DNA from: an uncultured bacterium | Lineage (GTDB): Bacteria > Verrucomicrobiota > Kiritimatiellia > CAIVKH01 | Direction: 5' to 3' | NCBI GenBank assembly: GCA_903906425.1 | Contig: CAIVKH010000124.1 | Span: 35,981-99,980 of the forward strand | Length of the DNA stretch: 64,000 bases | Shown here: positions 34,219-43,589 of the stretch, piece after piece | How positions within the stretch are numbered: the stretch's first letter is position 1 | How the letters are laid out: each line of letters opens with the position of its first letter | The notes under the pieces: generated by a model | The model's input: the letters and a program-made list of their open reading frames with translations, nothing else | Told to the model about the DNA's origin: nothing | Database searches by the model: none | Program-made: the position numbers and the translations under genes

Positions 34219-36672
34219 CTATACGCCGAGCCGGTTGCGGCGGATCGCCTCGCCGTTCGTCGCGTTGCTGGTCACGACGTGATCCTTGAGCGGGATGATG
34301 CGCTCGTGGATGGCGTCGAGGATCCACGCGGGCTGCGGGAAGAAGTCGTTCTCCATTTCGGCGCAGGGCGTGATCCAGTTGCGGGAGCCGACGACGACGG
34401 GCGGGGCGTCGAGGTGGTCGAATGCAAGCTGGCCGAGGTTGGCGGCGATAGTTTGCATGATCGAACCGCGTTCGCTGGCGTCGCCGGCGACAAGCACGCG
34501 TCCGGTCTTCTTCACCGATTCGACGAGCGGTGTGTAGTCGAGCGGGTTGAGCGTGCGGCAGTCCCAGATGTCGGCGGTCATGCCGTATTTCTTTTCGAGA
34601 ATGTCGGCGGCTTCGATCGCGCGATAGAGCGTCGCGCCGATCGTGACGAGCGTGATGTCCTTTCCAACGCGGCGTTGCGCGGGCAGGCCGAACGGGATTT
34701 CGTAGTAGCCGGCGGGCACGGTCGGCTCGAACATTTCGCCGATGTCGTAGGTGCGCTGGCTCTCGAAGAACACGACGGGATCGCTTCCGGCGAGCGCGGT
34801 GTTGAGCAGGCCCTTGGCGTCGTACGGCGTGTTCGGGAACACGACCTTGAGGCCGGGGATGTGGTTGCAGATTGCGGTCCAGTCCTGCGAGTGCTGCGCG
34901 CCGTATTTCGAGCCGACGGACACGCGGAGCACGACGGGCATTTCGAGGACGCCCGCGCTCATGCTCTGCCACTTGGAAAGCTGGTTGAAGATTTCGTCGC
35001 CCGCGCGGCCCATGAAATCGCAGTACATCAGCTCGACGAGCGCACGCCCGCCGTCGAGCGCGTAGCCGACGGCCGTGCCGACGATCGCGCCCTCGGAGAT
35101 CGGCGAGTTGAAGAGGCGGTGATACGGCAGCGCCTCGGTGAGTCCGCGATAGCACGCGAACGCCCCGCCCCAGTCGCGATTTTCTTCGCCGTAGATCACG
35201 AGCGTCGGGTCGATCTTCGCGCGGTGGAGGATCGCTTCGAAGATGCCGTCGCGAAGCTGATAGACCTTGTTCTTCGGCGTCGGCTTGCCCTCGTGCATGC
35301 CGCTGCGGATCTTCTTCGCGATGGCGGCCACGCGCGGATTGTCGTCGCCGGCCTGCAGCAGATCGGGCTTGCGCGTCGTGTCGTACGATTCGACTTTGCG
35401 ATTCGAGAACATGAAGTCCTCGATCTTCGCGCCATCGAGCCGCGGCGAGATCGTCATGTCGCTCGCGAGCTTGAGCGACTTCGTGACGATGCCCTTGACG
35501 TTCGCGATGAGCTTCTGCTGCGCCGCGTCGTCGAGGATTTTGATCTTCTTGAGGTTCTCCGCGAACGTGATGATCGGATCAATCTTCGCCCACAGGTCGA
35601 GCTCCTCCTTCGTGCGGTACGACGACGCATCGGACGGCGAGTGACCGGAGAAGCGGTACGTCAGCGTGTCGAGCAGCACCGGCCCGTTGCCCTCTTCGAG
35701 AATTTTCCGCTTGCGCGCAATCGCGTCGGCGACGGCGAGCGGGTTGTAGCCGTCCACGCGTTCCGCGTGCATGCCGTCCTTGTTCACGCCGAGACCGAAG
35801 CGGGCGACGTAATCGTAGCCCATCGTCTCGCCGGACGTCTGGCCGCCCATGCCGTAGAAATTGTTCATGATGTTGAAAATGATCGGCAGCCCGCCGCGAT
35901 GCCCCTTTTCCCAGAGGTGATAGAGTTGGCCCATCGAGGCGAAGTTCATGCCTTCCCAAACCGGACCGCAGCCCATCGAGGCGTCGCCGACGTTGCAGAT
36001 AACCAGGCCCTTCTTACCGTTCACGCGTTTGAACAGCGCCGCGCCGGCGGAGATGTCGCCGGAGCCGCCGACGATTGCGTTGTTCGGATACACGCCGAAC
36101 GGCGGGAAGAACGCGTGCATCGAGCCGCCGAGGCCGCGATTGAAGCCGGCCTTGCGTCCGAAAATTTCCGCGAGCGCGCCGTACGTCAGAAAATCAACCG
36201 CGAGCTCCTTCACCGAGCCGCTGAAATGTTTTTCGACGATCGCGAGACACTCGCCGCCGAGATATTCCTTCATGATCTTTTGCAGCGACGCGTCGTCGAG
36301 CTTGTGAATCGCCGACAAACCCTTCGCGAGAATTTCGCCGTGCGAGCGGTGCGAGCCGTAGATGTGATCATCAACCGTCAGATGAAATGCCTGCCCGACG
36401 GCGGCCGCTTCCTGGCCCATGGACAGATGCGCCGGACCTTTGTGGTCATACGCGACGCCGTTGTACGAGCCTTCCGTCTTGATCGCGTGCAACATGCTTT
36501 CGAATTCGCGGATGAGGAGCATGTCCTCATAAATGCCGAGCAGCGCCTGTGCGCCGAGTGACTTCAATTCCTTCTCAATCGGCGTCGCATACTGGTTCAG
36601 CGGAATTTCCGGAGCCGTCAGCTTCGCGGGTTTACGTTCTTTTGCGGGATCTACAATTAGTGCCTTTGGCAT
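34219..36672 (-). CDS. 2-oxoacid dehydrogenase E1 component, fused alpha-beta subunits (ThDP-dependent).
   Basis: 817 aa. The alpha part carries [17 protein letters not shown]...[13 protein letters not shown]. The beta part carries [17 protein letters not shown]...[12 protein letters not shown]3 and E2 genes lie upstream on the same strand. Confidence 0.9.
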   Translation of the reverse strand: MPKALIVDPAKERKPAKLTAPEIPLNQYATPIEKELKSLGAQALLGIYEDMLLIREFESMLHAIKTEGSYNGVAYDHKGPAHLSMGQEAAAVGQAFHLTVDDHIYGSHRSHGEILAKGLSAIHKLDDASLQKIMKEYLGGECLAIVEKHFSGSVKELAVDFLTYGALAEIFGRKAGFNRGLGGSMHAFFPPFGVYPNNAIVGGSGDISAGAALFKRVNGKKGLVICNVGDASMGCGPVWEGMNFASMGQLYHLWEKGHRGGLPIIFNIMNNFYGMGGQTSGETMGYDYVARFGLGVNKDGMHAERVDGYNPLAVADAIARKRKILEEGNGPVLLDTLTYRFSGHSPSDASSYRTKEELDLWAKIDPIITFAENLKKIKILDDAAQQKLIANVKGIVTKSLKLASDMTISPRLDGAKIEDFMFSNRKVESYDTTRKPDLLQAGDDNPRVAAIAKKIRSGMHEGKPTPKNKVYQLRDGIFEAILHRAKIDPTLVIYGEENRDWGGAFACYRGLTEALPYHRLFNSPISEGAIVGTAVGYALDGGRALVELMYCDFMGRAGDEIFNQLSKWQSMSAGVLEMPVVLRVSVGSKYGAQHSQDWTAICNHIPGLKVVFPNTPYDAKGLLNTALAGSDPVVFFESQRTYDIGEMFEPTVPAGYYEIPFGLPAQRRVGKDITLVTIGATLYRAIEAADILEKKYGMTADIWDCRTLNPLDYTPLVESVKKTGRVLVAGDASERGSIMQTIAANLGQLAFDHLDAPPVVVGSRNWITPCAEMENDFFPQPAWILDAIHERIIPLKDHVVTSNATNGEAIRRNRLGV

Positions 36673-36722
36673 TTTCTATTTTCCTTTCAAACTATGTTTC
36701 AAAACTTCGTTCACTCTAAAAT

Positions 36723-36769
36723 TTCCAATCATTGGAAAACTCCGCCGCGCAAACTTCCAATCGTTGGAA
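36723..36769. repeat. REP cluster 10: two copies.
   Basis: 36723-36737 and 36755-36769 (ttccaatcgttggaa, one mismatch). Confidence 0.9.
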
Positions 36770-36824
36770 AGTCTTAATCAGAATCCTCGGCTACCAGATA
36801 TACTCAATTGTTTCGCTCTTTAGA

Positions 36825-39596
36825 CTATGTGATTCCATCCGCCGTCGTGTTGTTTTCTGCAAGTGGTAAGTGCATGTAGAAAACCGACCCAACTCCGGGC
36901 ACACTTTCCACATCTATGATTCCTTTGTGCTCATACACGATGCCGTGCGTGACGCTGAGACCAAGTCCAGTTCCGGTATTCTTTGTTGTAAAGAATGGAT
37001 CGAATATGTGGGGAAGATGATTGGGACCAATGCCCACTCCTTGGTCACGAATTGCAACTGTTAGGAATCTGCCTTTGTTAGCGGTCGTAATAGTAAGGCA
37101 CCCTCCGTTTTCCATAGCTTCCACACCATTGAGCATAAGATTAAGAAATGCCTGCTGTAACAAATCCGAGTCTCCAAGAACAAAATCATCGGGCGCACGC
37201 CAATCAGTTGACAAACGCACTTTCTTTTTCTCAAGATGACCACGAAAAAGACCAAGAGTCTGCTCAAGGATTGCGTGAACAGACACAGGCTTAAATATTG
37301 GCTGACGCGGACGAGCAAATCTGAGAAGACTATTCACCATTGAATCGATCCGCGAGATTTCTTGAGACATCAATGGCATGCCAGTCGCACGGAACTCTTC
37401 GTCATTATATCGTTCCGGGAGTAATTGGCAGAACGTCTTGAGAACTTGTAATGGGTTCTTGATTTCATGCGCCATGCCGGCTGCAAGCGTACCCACGCTA
37501 GCAAGCCGCTCCGTTCTTCTTGTCGCGCGTACTGATTCAGTCTTTTCGCGAGATGCAGAAATATATTCAATCAATTCTTTTTTGAGGTACTCCGCGTTCG
37601 CTTTGACCATGTCCTCGGCTTCATCAAGAAGACGGCCTTCTGGAATCAGAAGATCGTCCGGTTTGCGCTCAGCTTGCCATCGCGCCGCGTTCTCCGTTAC
37701 CCTTGCGCGTGTCTGTATGAACAGACGATTGTCACTAATCCATCTGGCCAATCGTGGCCACTTATCCAATAACACTTCGTGCGTAACATATACGATGGAC
37801 GCACCCGTGGTATCACGCTGGGTTGCCAATAGCCTACCATCGATGAGCTTCTCCACGACAGCTCGCATCTCTGTGTCACGGCAGATGTCTTCGGTTCGAG
37901 CATAAGTTCTGGATACGGTCTCCCGGTCTCCGGGGCCGGTACTAACAAGAGCATGGAATACGGCGGGCAGTTTCTGTCTAGCTTTGTCTGAAAGAGCCGC
38001 GACAATCTTTTCAGCGTGCGCGCAAACGGCTCCTTCCACACCACCTATTTCATCGTATGCCGCATTGGTGAGCACGCCTAATGAAGCACAACGCGCGTAA
38101 AGTTCAGTCAAGGTGAACTCAAGGAGGGGGAGACTCCCGGGGTTGTTAACAGCGGCATCTCTGAGCCGATCATCCAGAGGTTCTCCTGTGACGGGATGTC
38201 TTTCATAATGCAAGCCTGCCGCCGCCGCTGGCATTCTTACAGCGACACCGATGTCGGCCGGGGTCGGTGGTCCAAGATGATACTGTCCAAGTCCTTTCAT
38301 CAGCAACTGTAAGTCCGGAACTTCCTCGCAGCGATGGTAGAAATCGCTACGAAGCGTGGCCAATACCCAAATAACACCCGACTTCGATAACAGAGAGAGG
38401 ATTCGCGCAAAGACACGCCTTTCATCAGCACTGATTGTATCAAGAGTGAACATTTCTTCCATTTGGTCAATGACGAGTGCGATCCGCCAAGAGCTCCTGC
38501 TGATGCCAGTGTTTGGGACCGGCTCCCGAGACGACGGTGAAGCCAAGATCCGTGCGACGATCTCGCACGCAGCTTCAGGGCGTTCTCGCAGCGTACGATC
38601 AAAGTCCTCTGCGTCCATTCCGAGGCGGAGCATATTGTTCCGTAGAGGTATTGTGTTTAAGAGACAAGTGGCAAGTCCATCAATTAGGCTGCGCGGCGAG
38701 TCACTTGGGCGAAATATGCAATGCGCCCATGCTGTTGTTCCGTCGACAACGCCAGGTCTGACGAGTAGCGGTAAGACTCCTGCGCGGATCAAGGATGACT
38801 TACCGCAACCACTCATGCCCAGAACAGTCACGAACAAGGCTTCGCCGCGAGTAAGACTTCGCCGCCGAAGATTGCTGACAATGTCGGCTATTGCTTGAGT
38901 ACGACCAAAGAATATTTGCGAATGCTCGAACTCGAATACCTCGAGGCCACGAAATGGGCATCCATTCGTCCAAGACTTTGCGATGCTCCCAATTCTGGCC
39001 TGTTGTTCTCGGGCAGGAATTGCACGCTCTAACAACCTTCTGAGATGCATCTCGACCAACTTTTCAAACTCATCCGCGGTTGCGAAGCGATGAAGTGTAG
39101 CTGTGGGCAATCGGGTCTCTTCATGCTTAAACCAAGAATCGATGAAAGCATCGAGATTCTTCCTCTGTGACAGGCGTTGCAGGACCTCGACTTCTTCCGC
39201 GAGGCTCACTACGGGAATCTCCATCTTTCGATACACAAGCAAGTCCGGTTTCCCTCTCGCGGCGAAACCACGCGCAGCATCTTCGAACTCGAACGCGGTC
39301 CCGGACTCGTAAGCACTGCCGTCGGGGCGTCGGAAATGTGGTGGTAGTCGCGTTCCTAGACGGGACCATAAAATGCAGATCACGGCATCGCATTGAGATG
39401 GCAGCGTCAATTGATCCTGTGGATGCTCAACAGCGCTTAAGGGTTCCTGTTCCCAGAATATTGGCTCAATAGGCAAACCAGCAGCGAATTCTGCACGAAG
39501 ACGGAGCAAGACTCGCTCAACGAGGAGGCGTTCATGCTCTACGTCTCCGGGCGATGATACGAAAACCCGAAACATCGATTGGCCATTTTTCGTCAT
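36825..39596 (-). CDS. TIR-like/DUF4062 domain - nSTAND-type P-loop NTPase - histidine kinase (HisKA plus HATPase_c) fusion, 923 aa.
   Basis: N-terminus: FRVFVSSPGDVEHERLL...CDAVICILWSRLGT. NTPase: Walker A VLGMSGCGKSSLIRAGVLP (nt about 38793-38819), Walker B LVIDQMEEMFT, then LRSDFY, PGSLPLLEFTLTELY, YDEIGGVEGAV and THEVLLDKWPRLARWI. Kinase: H-box AAGMAHEIKNPL (His710, nt 37467-37469), N-box LNLMLNGVEAM, G-boxes DQGVGI and GTGLGLS. Start has RBS GAGGAG. About 47-48% GC in two hand-counted lines. Confidence 0.8.
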   Translation of the reverse strand: MTKNGQSMFRVFVSSPGDVEHERLLVERVLLRLRAEFAAGLPIEPIFWEQEPLSAVEHPQDQLTLPSQCDAVICILWSRLGTRLPPHFRRPDGSAYESGTAFEFEDAARGFAARGKPDLLVYRKMEIPVVSLAEEVEVLQRLSQRKNLDAFIDSWFKHEETRLPTATLHRFATADEFEKLVEMHLRRLLERAIPAREQQARIGSIAKSWTNGCPFRGLEVFEFEHSQIFFGRTQAIADIVSNLRRRSLTRGEALFVTVLGMSGCGKSSLIRAGVLPLLVRPGVVDGTTAWAHCIFRPSDSPRSLIDGLATCLLNTIPLRNNMLRLGMDAEDFDRTLRERPEAACEIVARILASPSSREPVPNTGISRSSWRIALVIDQMEEMFTLDTISADERRVFARILSLLSKSGVIWVLATLRSDFYHRCEEVPDLQLLMKGLGQYHLGPPTPADIGVAVRMPAAAAGLHYERHPVTGEPLDDRLRDAAVNNPGSLPLLEFTLTELYARCASLGVLTNAAYDEIGGVEGAVCAHAEKIVAALSDKARQKLPAVFHALVSTGPGDRETVSRTYARTEDICRDTEMRAVVEKLIDGRLLATQRDTTGASIVYVTHEVLLDKWPRLARWISDNRLFIQTRARVTENAARWQAERKPDDLLIPEGRLLDEAEDMVKANAEYLKKELIEYISASREKTESVRATRRTERLASVGTLAAGMAHEIKNPLQVLKTFCQLLPERYNDEEFRATGMPLMSQEISRIDSMVNSLLRFARPRQPIFKPVSVHAILEQTLGLFRGHLEKKKVRLSTDWRAPDDFVLGDSDLLQQAFLNLMLNGVEAMENGGCLTITTANKGRFLTVAIRDQGVGIGPNHLPHIFDPFFTTKNTGTGLGLSVTHGIVYEHKGIIDVESVPGVGSVFYMHLPLAENNTTADGIT

Positions 39597-39817
39597 GTAT
39601 CCCGCTCCTCTATTTCTTTGTGCCGATTCGCCTAACCGGGCCTATTTGACAATTCATTGGTGATTTTCTGCAGCCACAAACTTCCGTTTTCGGTTTTCCA
39701 TCCGTCTCGATCTTGTTTCTCCAATCATCAAAATGTGCGTGTCCCGAAGTTTCTATTGGTGGCTGTATCTTTTTCATGCTTGGGCTTCTTGCTTGTTTCG
39801 CATTTCGTGCTTCGGAT

Positions 39818-41158
39818 TTAATGCAGCGTAAAAATCGAGTCCCTGATCAACTCGCTCACCGTCGGATGCGGAAAAACAATCTCCTCGATTTCCTTCGCGC
39901 GGAATTCCGCTTCGATCAGCGCCGCCGCGCCCCAGATCATCTCCGAGCACGAATGGCCGATCATGTGGACGCCGAGCAAAACGTTCGTTTCGGCGTGCAG
40001 CACGACCTTGACCTGACCGCGCTCGCCATCGGTCTCCGCGAGGTAACGGCCGCTCGCGCCCATCGGCATCTTCGCGACCTTTACGGGAACGCCCGCCTTC
40101 TTTGCGTCGTCTTCGTTCATGCCCACCGTCGCCACTTCAGGCGACGTGTACACAACACCGGGAATCGCGTTCGCACGGTAGCGGTCGCTGCGGCCCGTCA
40201 TGTTGTTCACGGCCACTTCGCCCATGCGCGTCGCGGTATGCGCGAGCCACGCCTTGCCGGTGCAATCGCCCGCGGCCCAGACGCCGGGAATGTTCGTCGC
40301 GCAACGGTCATCAACTTTGATTCCGCGCCTGTCGAAATCTACACGCAGGTCTTCGAGGCCGAGGCCGCTGACATTCGGCACGCGGCCCGTCGAAACGAGT
40401 ACGATGTCGCGCTCGACGGATTCCTGTTTGCCGTCTTTTTCGAATCGCACGGCGTCCTTCGTAATTTCCAAAACCTTCGCGCCTGTGTGGAACGTGATGT
40501 TCTTTTTCGCAAGCTCGCTGCGCAACATCTTCGCGATGTCCCCGTCAATTTGCGGACAAATCTCCGGCAGCATTTCGATCACGGTGACGGGCACGCCGAC
40601 GGAACCGAAGAAGCACGCGAACTCGCAGCCGATCACGCCGCCGCCGATGATGACGATGCTCTTCGGCAGCTTATCCAGATTCAACACGCCCGTCGAATCC
40701 ACCACGCCCGGCAGATCGTGGCCGGGAATCGGCGGCTTCGCGGGCGACGAGCCTGTGCTGATCAAAATGTTTTTCGCCTCGTAAACCTGGCCGTTCACCT
40801 CGACCTTGCGATCCGCGCGCAGTTTCGCCGCACCGGTCACGACCTCGACCTTGAACTTCTTCATCAGCCCCGCGATGCCGCCGCGCAGCGTTTCGATAAT
40901 CTTCTGTTTACGCGCCATCACCTTCGAGAAATCGAACGCGACATTTTGCGCGGTGACGCCGAACGCCTCGCCGTGCAGCGCGTGGCTGTAGTACTTCGCC
41001 GAATTCAGCAGCGTCTTCGACGGCACGCAGCCGACGTTCAGACACACGCCGCCGAGCTGGCTCTTCTCGACGAGCAGAACTTTGAGTCCCTTTGCCGCCG
41101 CCCGCTCTGCCGGCACATAACCGCCCGGCCCGCCGCCGATGATGATCAAATCGTACAT
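39818..41158 (-). CDS. lpdA: Dihydrolipoyl dehydrogenase (E3).
   Basis: MYDLIIIGGGPGGY...GGVCLNVGCVPSK redox-active disulfide motif, 446 aa. Confidence 0.92.
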   Translation of the reverse strand: MYDLIIIGGGPGGYVPAERAAAKGLKVLLVEKSQLGGVCLNVGCVPSKTLLNSAKYYSHALHGEAFGVTAQNVAFDFSKVMARKQKIIETLRGGIAGLMKKFKVEVVTGAAKLRADRKVEVNGQVYEAKNILISTGSSPAKPPIPGHDLPGVVDSTGVLNLDKLPKSIVIIGGGVIGCEFACFFGSVGVPVTVIEMLPEICPQIDGDIAKMLRSELAKKNITFHTGAKVLEITKDAVRFEKDGKQESVERDIVLVSTGRVPNVSGLGLEDLRVDFDRRGIKVDDRCATNIPGVWAAGDCTGKAWLAHTATRMGEVAVNNMTGRSDRYRANAIPGVVYTSPEVATVGMNEDDAKKAGVPVKVAKMPMGASGRYLAETDGERGQVKVVLHAETNVLLGVHMIGHSCSEMIWGAAALIEAEFRAKEIEEIVFPHPTVSELIRDSIFTLH

Positions 41159-41178
41159 GGATGATTTTCCTTTCGAGT

Positions 41179-41225
41179 TTCCAATGATTGGAAGTTTGCG
41201 GGCCGCATTTTTCCAATCATTGGAA
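41179..41225. repeat. REP cluster 11: two copies.
   Basis: 41179-41193 (G centre) and 41211-41225 (C centre), between the E2 stop and the E3 start. Confidence 0.95.
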
Positions 41226-41232
41226 GTTTCAA

Positions 41233-42582
41233 TTATGCGCTCAGCAGAAGATCACAATTCTCCAGCGAGGTGCAGAGATCCTTCAGGAACCGCGCGGCGG
41301 GCGCGCCGTCAACGACCTGGTGATCGATTGTCAGGCTCAATGTGATCGCCTCGACGAATTCGACTTTGCCGTCTTTTTTCACCGGCTTCAGTTGAATGCC
41401 GCCGACACCGAGAATCGCGACTTCGGGAACGTTCAGCACGGGCGTGAACGTCTCGACGCCGGACGCGCCAAGGTTCGTGATCGTGAACGTGCCGCCGCTC
41501 AAATGATCGGGGCTGATTGAGCCCTTCTGGCACTGGTCGGCCAGCGAACGGACCGCCGAGCTCAGCTCGCGAATAGGCATCGCGTGCGCATTGCGGACGA
41601 CGGGAACCATCAGGCCGCGCGGCGTATCCACCGCGATGCCGAGATGAACCGCGCCGAATTTCACAATCTTGTCGGCGAGGAAATGCGCGTTCAAATCGCG
41701 ATGCTTCGGCAGCACGCGGCAGATCGCGTAGCAGAGCAGATCGTTGATCGTGACCTTCGGAGTACCGAACGTCTCGCCGTGAATTTTTGCGCGGGCGCGG
41801 TACGACTGAATCACCGACGCATCGAAACTCATCGTCATTGTCAACTGCGCCGTCGTCGCAATCGAAGCCTTCATGCGGTCCGCGATAATTTTTCTGATGC
41901 CTTTGACGGCGACGGTCTCGTCGGCGGCCGTGACAACGACAGGCTTCGCGGCAACGGCCGAGTCCTTTGTCATTTGTCCTTTGTCATTTGAAAGAACCAT
42001 TCCGCCGAGGCCGGTGCCGGTTGAACCGACGGTTGCGCCGGCCGCTTTCGCAGCCGCGCTAAGTTTGGGAGCGCCCGCTGCCGCGGCTTGAACATCGCGC
42101 TCGATGACGCGACCGCCTGGGCCGCTGCCCGCGAGTTGCGAGGCATCGACGCCTTGTTTGGCGGCGAGATTTTTCGCGCGAGGCGAGACGCCCGCGGTTT
42201 CTGCCGCGTCCGTCGTCAAATGTCCTTTGTCACTTGTCGGAGCAACTGCCAGCGTTGGTTCGGCGCCTTTCTGACTGACCTCCAACTTCTGACCGCCAAC
42301 CTCTGCGCCTGCGCCCGCAGGGCGAAGTGCCGACACATCCTCACCCGCCGCGCCAATCGCGGCGATGTTTGTGAGCACCGGAATGTCCGCGCCTTCGTCG
42401 AAGAAGAGTTCGAGCACGGTTCCCGCGGCGGGGGCTTCGATGTCGAACGACGACTTGTCGGTTTCGATACTGCCGACAGGCTGGCCTTGTGTGACGGTGT
42501 CGCCCTTCTTCACCTTCCACGAAACGAGAATGCAGCTTTCAACGGACTGGCCCAAACGGGGCATCAATACTGGGGTTGCCAT
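41233..42582 (-). CDS. Dihydrolipoamide acyltransferase (E2).
   Basis: Lipoyl domain with IETDKSSFDIEAP, a subunit-binding domain (SPRAKNLAAKQGVD), and a catalytic domain ending DHQVVDGAPAARFL. Confidence 0.9.
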   Translation of the reverse strand: MATPVLMPRLGQSVESCILVSWKVKKGDTVTQGQPVGSIETDKSSFDIEAPAAGTVLELFFDEGADIPVLTNIAAIGAAGEDVSALRPAGAGAEVGGQKLEVSQKGAEPTLAVAPTSDKGHLTTDAAETAGVSPRAKNLAAKQGVDASQLAGSGPGGRVIERDVQAAAAGAPKLSAAAKAAGATVGSTGTGLGGMVLSNDKGQMTKDSAVAAKPVVVTAADETVAVKGIRKIIADRMKASIATTAQLTMTMSFDASVIQSYRARAKIHGETFGTPKVTINDLLCYAICRVLPKHRDLNAHFLADKIVKFGAVHLGIAVDTPRGLMVPVVRNAHAMPIRELSSAVRSLADQCQKGSISPDHLSGGTFTITNLGASGVETFTPVLNVPEVAILGVGGIQLKPVKKDGKVEFVEAITLSLTIDHQVVDGAPAARFLKDLCTSLENCDLLLSA

Positions 42583-42593
42583 GTTGTGTTCTC

Positions 42594-43379
42594 CTAAACT
42601 TTCATCACTTGAAGTTGTTTGTGTGCTTTGCGCAGTTCGCGCTCGAATTTCGATTCGATCCGCGAGTCCGTGATAATCAAATCCACATCATCGAGTTTTC
42701 CGGCCTTCGCGAATGAGGCCTTGCCGAGTTTGCTATTGTCGGCGAGCAAAATGACTTTGTCGGCGTTCGCGGCGACGAGTTCCTTCGTGTAGGCCTCGCT
42801 CGGATCGCTGGTCGTGATGCCTTCGTCGAGGCTCAAGCCCATCGTGCCCATGAATGCTTTCGTGATGTGAACCTGTTCGAGCAAAAGTCGCGTGAACGCG
42901 CCGACAACAGTCTGGCTGCGGCGGCGAAGCTCGCCGCCGACGATGACGAGTTGCGGCCCGCGGCCTGAAAGTTCGATCGCCGCGCGAAGCGAATTGGTGA
43001 CGACGGTGATGTCCTCGCGATCCACGAGCAGCCGCGCGAGTTCGAGGACGGTGCTGCCGCCATCGAGATAAATGGTTTCGCCGGGCTGGATCATTCGCGC
43101 GGCGGCTTTGGCGATCCGCTGCTTTTCTTTTGAGTTGATCGAGGTTTTCGCATCGAACATCGGCTCGTCGAGCCGTGTCTCGATGCTCATCGCGCCGCCG
43201 TGGACGCGCTTGATGCGGCCCGAGGTTTCGAGCGCATCGAGATCGCGCCGCGCGGTTGCGCCGGAGACGCCGAGCTCGCTGATGATTTCGTCCACGCGCG
43301 CGACGCCGCGCTGCCGGATGAATTCCCGCAGCCGTTCCTGCCTTTCAGGCGCCAGATCGTTGTGAGCAGATGTGACCAT
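42594..43379 (-). CDS. DeoR/GlpR-family transcriptional regulator.
   Basis: N-terminal HTH (RLREFIRQRGVARVDEIISELGVSGATARRDLDALE) and a C-terminal sugar-binding DeoRC-like domain. Confidence 0.85.
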   Translation of the reverse strand: MVTSAHNDLAPERQERLREFIRQRGVARVDEIISELGVSGATARRDLDALETSGRIKRVHGGAMSIETRLDEPMFDAKTSINSKEKQRIAKAAARMIQPGETIYLDGGSTVLELARLLVDREDITVVTNSLRAAIELSGRGPQLVIVGGELRRRSQTVVGAFTRLLLEQVHITKAFMGTMGLSLDEGITTSDPSEAYTKELVAANADKVILLADNSKLGKASFAKAGKLDDVDLIITDSRIESKFERELRKAHKQLQVMKV

Positions 43380-43382
43380 TTA

Positions 43383-43430
43383 TGATCGAATCTAATCACA
43401 AATAATCATAGGTCAACAAAATTAATCATC
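43383..43430. promoter_or_regulatory. AT-rich leader with three phased TAATCA repeats directly upstream of the DeoR gene (possible operator/promoter).
   Basis: TAATCA at 43393, 43403 and 43423 (10- and 20-bp spacing), 14-50 nt upstream of the deoR-family start codon. Confidence 0.2.
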
Positions 43431-43589
43431 TTCCCAAGGCGGCGCGTCGCGGGAACGAAAGGCCCGCGCGGTCTTCCGAACTCCACAATCCAAGCCCGCG
43501 CCAGTCACTCATTCATGCTGCGACTAGCTTGGATTTCCCAATTGTGAAACTTGCATCTTGCAGGTGTGATTCGCTATCAACCATCGCTT

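Noticed and set aside
39700-39740. Possible degraded REP half-site (ttctccaatcatcaaaa) at the right edge of the low-GC insertion, as evidence that the insertion split a REP doublet.
   Set aside because: Only 8 contiguous nt (ccaatcat) match, and there is no second half or partner copy at the expected 32-bp pitch. This is compatible with chance.
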